DNA of 63,714 bases, filler included, from Rhabdomonas costata (lineage: Eukaryota): assembly GCA_019059605.1 (NCBI GenBank). It is 54 parts of 54 records of this genome, joined end to end, with 100 filler letters (N's around TTAATTAATTAA, not from the genome) between each part and the next. Parts side by side here need not be neighbours in the genome. Positions count along the whole stretch, not along the records: positions 60,271 to 61,351 come from JAHMHO010029599.1; positions 61,452 to 62,533 come from JAHMHO010029600.1; positions 62,634 to 63,714 come from JAHMHO010029601.1; 51 more parts are not named here. The stretch is one strand, 5' to 3'. A model generated the notes under the pieces. It was given only the letters and a program-made list of their open reading frames with translations, was not told the origin of the DNA and ran no database searches. The position numbers and the translations under genes are program-made. Below are positions 60,841-63,714 of the stretch, piece by piece. How positions within the stretch are numbered: the stretch's first letter is position 1; the number at the start of each line of letters is the position of its first letter.

Positions 60841-62329
60841 CTGTAAACCCCAGCACAAAACCTTCAATCACAAAGTCGTACCCGTTTCCCCCCATTTCTT
60901 TTCCACAGTACATGCAGTACATACAGTACAGTACATAGCATGCCAAATCAATGTTTTGACCGGACCACGGGGCATTCATATGCCATGGAATTGAAGACGT
61001 AAACCCAAGGTCAATGTTCAGCCTCAGAAGTCTTCCACAACAACAGCAGTGGTCCAAATGGAAAAAGGTGACAAAAATAAAGGTAAAGAAAAAATGGGGT
61101 TTGGGGATGCACATGTGCAGACACAGCATGTGCAGGAGAAGGAGGATGGCAGGGGAGAGGTTTGGAGGATGTGGTACAGAAACTGAAGAAACGAGGTGGA
61201 GGTGGAATCGGCTCGGTGGGTGGTGGTGAGATTCGCGAAGCTTGAATCGGGAAGAGAGCACATCGAGAGCCGGTGGGGCAGCTCTAGTCCGAAAGAGATC
61301 ATTCATGGAAGGTATAAAAACAAAACCGATACAGTATCTTCTGTTGAACGTNNNNNNNNNNNNNNNNNNNNNNNNNNNNNNNNNNNNNNNNNNNNTTAAT
61401 TAATTAANNNNNNNNNNNNNNNNNNNNNNNNNNNNNNNNNNNNNNNNNNNNTGTGGGTGACAGGGCGGGGGGTCTCGGTCAAGCTTCGGGGCAAAGGGAG
61501 GGCAGTGGTGGCCCTGGAGTGGCTAGGCGAGAGCGGAGGAAGCAAGGAGCGGCGCATTTTGAGAGTGGGAAATAGCTCTTGATCTGATCTGCTGGGTTAA
61601 GGAGCTGCAAAAAAAACGCGTGGGTGGGGGGCGTCAAGAGATTGCTTTTGACCAAAAGGTTGAAAGAAAAGAGAGGCAGGCCCTGCAAAGAAAACAAGTC
61701 GCGGACAAAAAATAATAAACATACTGTGAGGCAGAAGCGGTGAATTCTTGTATCCCTCTCCCTCTTACTCTGTTGGTCAATAACAAGAAGGCATGACTGG
61801 ATATGGTGATAGCTTAATTTACTTTAGAAAAAGGAAAGAAAACGAAACTCAAAATTAACCCGAAACGACAAGCACAACAATTGTGGCGCAGCCAGCAAGT
61901 GATAAAAAATAAAAACCGAAAGCGATCCAAGCCCAGCGTCTCGAACTCTCACACGTGTACACTTTCTAAGAATGTAAACGGCTGTGCCAGCATTGCTAAA
62001 AATCTTCTTTGAAACACTGCGTCATGTCAAACACTGTAAGTCAAAGTCCACTGAACTTCGCCCCGCCATTCTGAACCAGCACATAGGTGCGTCTGGGGTG
62101 CATTCGCTACATTGGGAAAGGGGAGCGAGCCAACGACCTACCGGACGCACGAATAAAAGCAAAGTCTTCACTTATGTAACCGAAATGTTGTGTGGTTCCT
62201 GCACAGCTGTTTTGTCAATGCGCTTCGAAAGGAGGCTTCGAACCGCCATCGGAGCACCGCCAGCTGAACAAGAGGAAAACGGAGCTCCTGCATCGAGGAC
62301 GGGCGCTTGCCCGACGAGGCTCACGACAC

Positions 62330-62479
62330 TGTGTGGTTCTTGAGCTTTCGCTGAAAGTGCCGCTGCAAGCGCCGAATTCTCCGCTCCGCCTTGTTGAGCG
62401 GAACTCCCTTCTTCTTCTTTGTCTTTGTCGTAAGAATATCGAGGCCCGCATTCTGACCCTTCTCCCGCTTCCCCTCACC
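62330..62479 (-). CDS. Internal exon of a basic uncharacterised protein (IQ-like helix)
   Basis: ttttag|GEGKREKGQNAGLDILTTKTKKKKGVPLNKAERRIRRLQRHFQRKLKNHT|GTGTCG, 150 nt, phase 0. Confidence 0.45.
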
Positions 62480-62670
62480 CTAAAAGGCATCACAAAGAGC
62501 TCCGCCCCGCTCAACGCACAGAAAACACAACACNNNNNNNNNNNNNNNNNNNNNNNNNNNNNNNNNNNNNNNNNNNNTTAATTAATTAANNNNNNNNNNN
62601 NNNNNNNNNNNNNNNNNNNNNNNNNNNNNNNNNTGGTGTGCGCGTCGCTCTGTGTGTCTGTTTTTTTCAG

Positions 62671-63676
62671 GAGGTCCTGTTCCGGTTCAATACCTGGTTT
62701 AAGGTCAAGCAGCGGCTGGGCCAGGCAGGCAAGAAGTTCCTGGAGAGTCAGCTTCACCGCAACTTAGACGGCGTCGAAGTGTGCGGATGTGTGCGTGGGG
62801 GCGTCAGCCTCCCCGACCGTCGTTCATTCCCACTTCTTTGCTTTGTGGTTCCTCGTTTTGGCTTCAGAGCTATTTGGAGGTCCGTAGAGGTATAGGCTAT
62901 TTGGTGGTCGTTTAGAGGTAGGCATGTCTGGAATTCGCCGTGGGTGACATCGCCCCATCCATTGCTACATTGACCAAGATACCACCCGGGTTCCAGAACG
63001 GTGGCTTTTTGCTGCTACCATTGCACCAAGACCGTACCTCTCCACAATTTGGCACTTCTTTGTGAACATTCCGAACCGAAAAAGAAACGTCCGCACCTCA
63101 GAAAAAGGCCACACACACCTTTTCCTTGCTTTATCTTCTGCGAAAACAAAGGTGTTTGAGCTGGACGAGGTGGCGGAGGAGGATGCCCTGCAGGGGATTC
63201 AGGACCTGGCCATGGAGCCCCAGCGCAACGGTGTGACCTTGATCACGATGATCCGCAACGGCGACCAGGGCGGAGTGAGGAAGCTCCTCGGTGGCCCCCT
63301 CAATCCAAACGCCCAGGACGCCCACAGCACCACCCCGATCATCGCGGCTGTGGAGAAGGGCGCCCTGGACGTGCTTGAGAACCTCCTGGCCAGGACATCC
63401 TTTTCTCCCGACGTCAACCTGGCAGATGAGACCGGCAAAACGCCCCTGATCCACGCCATCATTGGCGGCTTCCTGGAGATCTTTGAGAGGCTGCTGCAGG
63501 TCAAGGCGAACATCAACCGCCGTGACAAAGAGGGAAAGTCCACTCTGATGTATGCCATTGAATTTGACCGGGACGTGATGTTCGCTAAGCTGCTGGAGAT
63601 GAAGGCGGACGTAATCTGCGAGGATAAGGATGAGTGCTGCTCGCTGATGTACGCGCTCCAGAAGTGTGGTCCCAAG
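62671..63676 (+). CDS. Ankyrin-repeat protein, exons 62671-62778 and 63152-63676 (the second is missing from the ORF track)
   Basis: NPNAQDAHSTTPIIAAV, DVNLADETGKTPLIHAI, NINRRDKEGKSTLMYAI and DVICEDKDECCSLMYAL are tandem ankyrin repeats. Phase-0 GT-AG join. Confidence 0.92.
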
Positions 63677-63714
63677 GTGCTCTTCCATTTGCACAACTGC
63701 TCCACCCCCCCCCA

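Noticed and set aside
62330..62479. AGLD...LNKAERRIRRLQRHFQRKLK resembles a TnpB/Fanzor RuvC-I plus helix
   Set aside because: The D-x-G motif is absent, the segment is bounded by ordinary splice sites, and downstream sequence lacks RuvC-II or a Zn finger. A generic basic helix explains it.
63131..63705. Long minus-strand ORFs in the track (also 22556-23233, 43787-44473, 55573-56400)
   Set aside because: These are antisense shadows of GC-rich exons or read-through of introns and microsatellites. At 63152-63676 the real frame is the plus-strand ankyrin exon.
1..63714. Uniform ~1.08-kb units with G/T-rich starts and C/A-rich ends, suggesting nanochromosomes or telomere-capped minichromosomes
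   Set aside because: The polarity is opposite to real telomeres (which are C-rich at the 5' end), the ends are non-periodic, and genes are cut mid-exon. Ends such as TGTGTTGGGTGTG (30729) and GGGTGTGTTTGG (2370) match G/T-only WGA primer sequence. Uniform length reflects size-sorted contigs.

Overview
This window is not one locus. It is 54 unrelated contigs of about 1.08 kb, joined by an artificial 100-nt spacer (N44-TTAATTAATTAA-N44). Most contigs start with G/T-only bases and end with C/A-only bases, and four end in fold-back hairpins. Both patterns indicate whole-genome-amplified (single-cell or low-input) material. Most contigs come from an intron-rich microbial eukaryote. Recognisable exons include eIF2B-epsilon, a BET bromodomain+ET protein, an AGC kinase, a kinesin, ankyrin, FN3 and S1 domains, phosphatidylserine decarboxylase, Rit1, TMEM256, a chromate transporter, a GT15-like protein and an S53 peptidase. 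The spliceosomal 5' splice sites follow an unusual GTNYGY pattern with no A at +4. Two probable GC donors and one candidate GC...GG intron also occur. Together with possible trans-splice acceptors, this suggests a euglenid/euglenozoan host (inference). There are decayed mobile elements (CRE-clade and Penelope-like retroelements). Three AT-rich intronless contigs look viral: a decayed fibre gene, an IS5-family transposase, and a NifS fragment next to an orphan ORF. One contig is bacterial (DUF47-pit). Gene neighbourhoods cannot be inferred across spacers. All calls are by eye, with no database searches.
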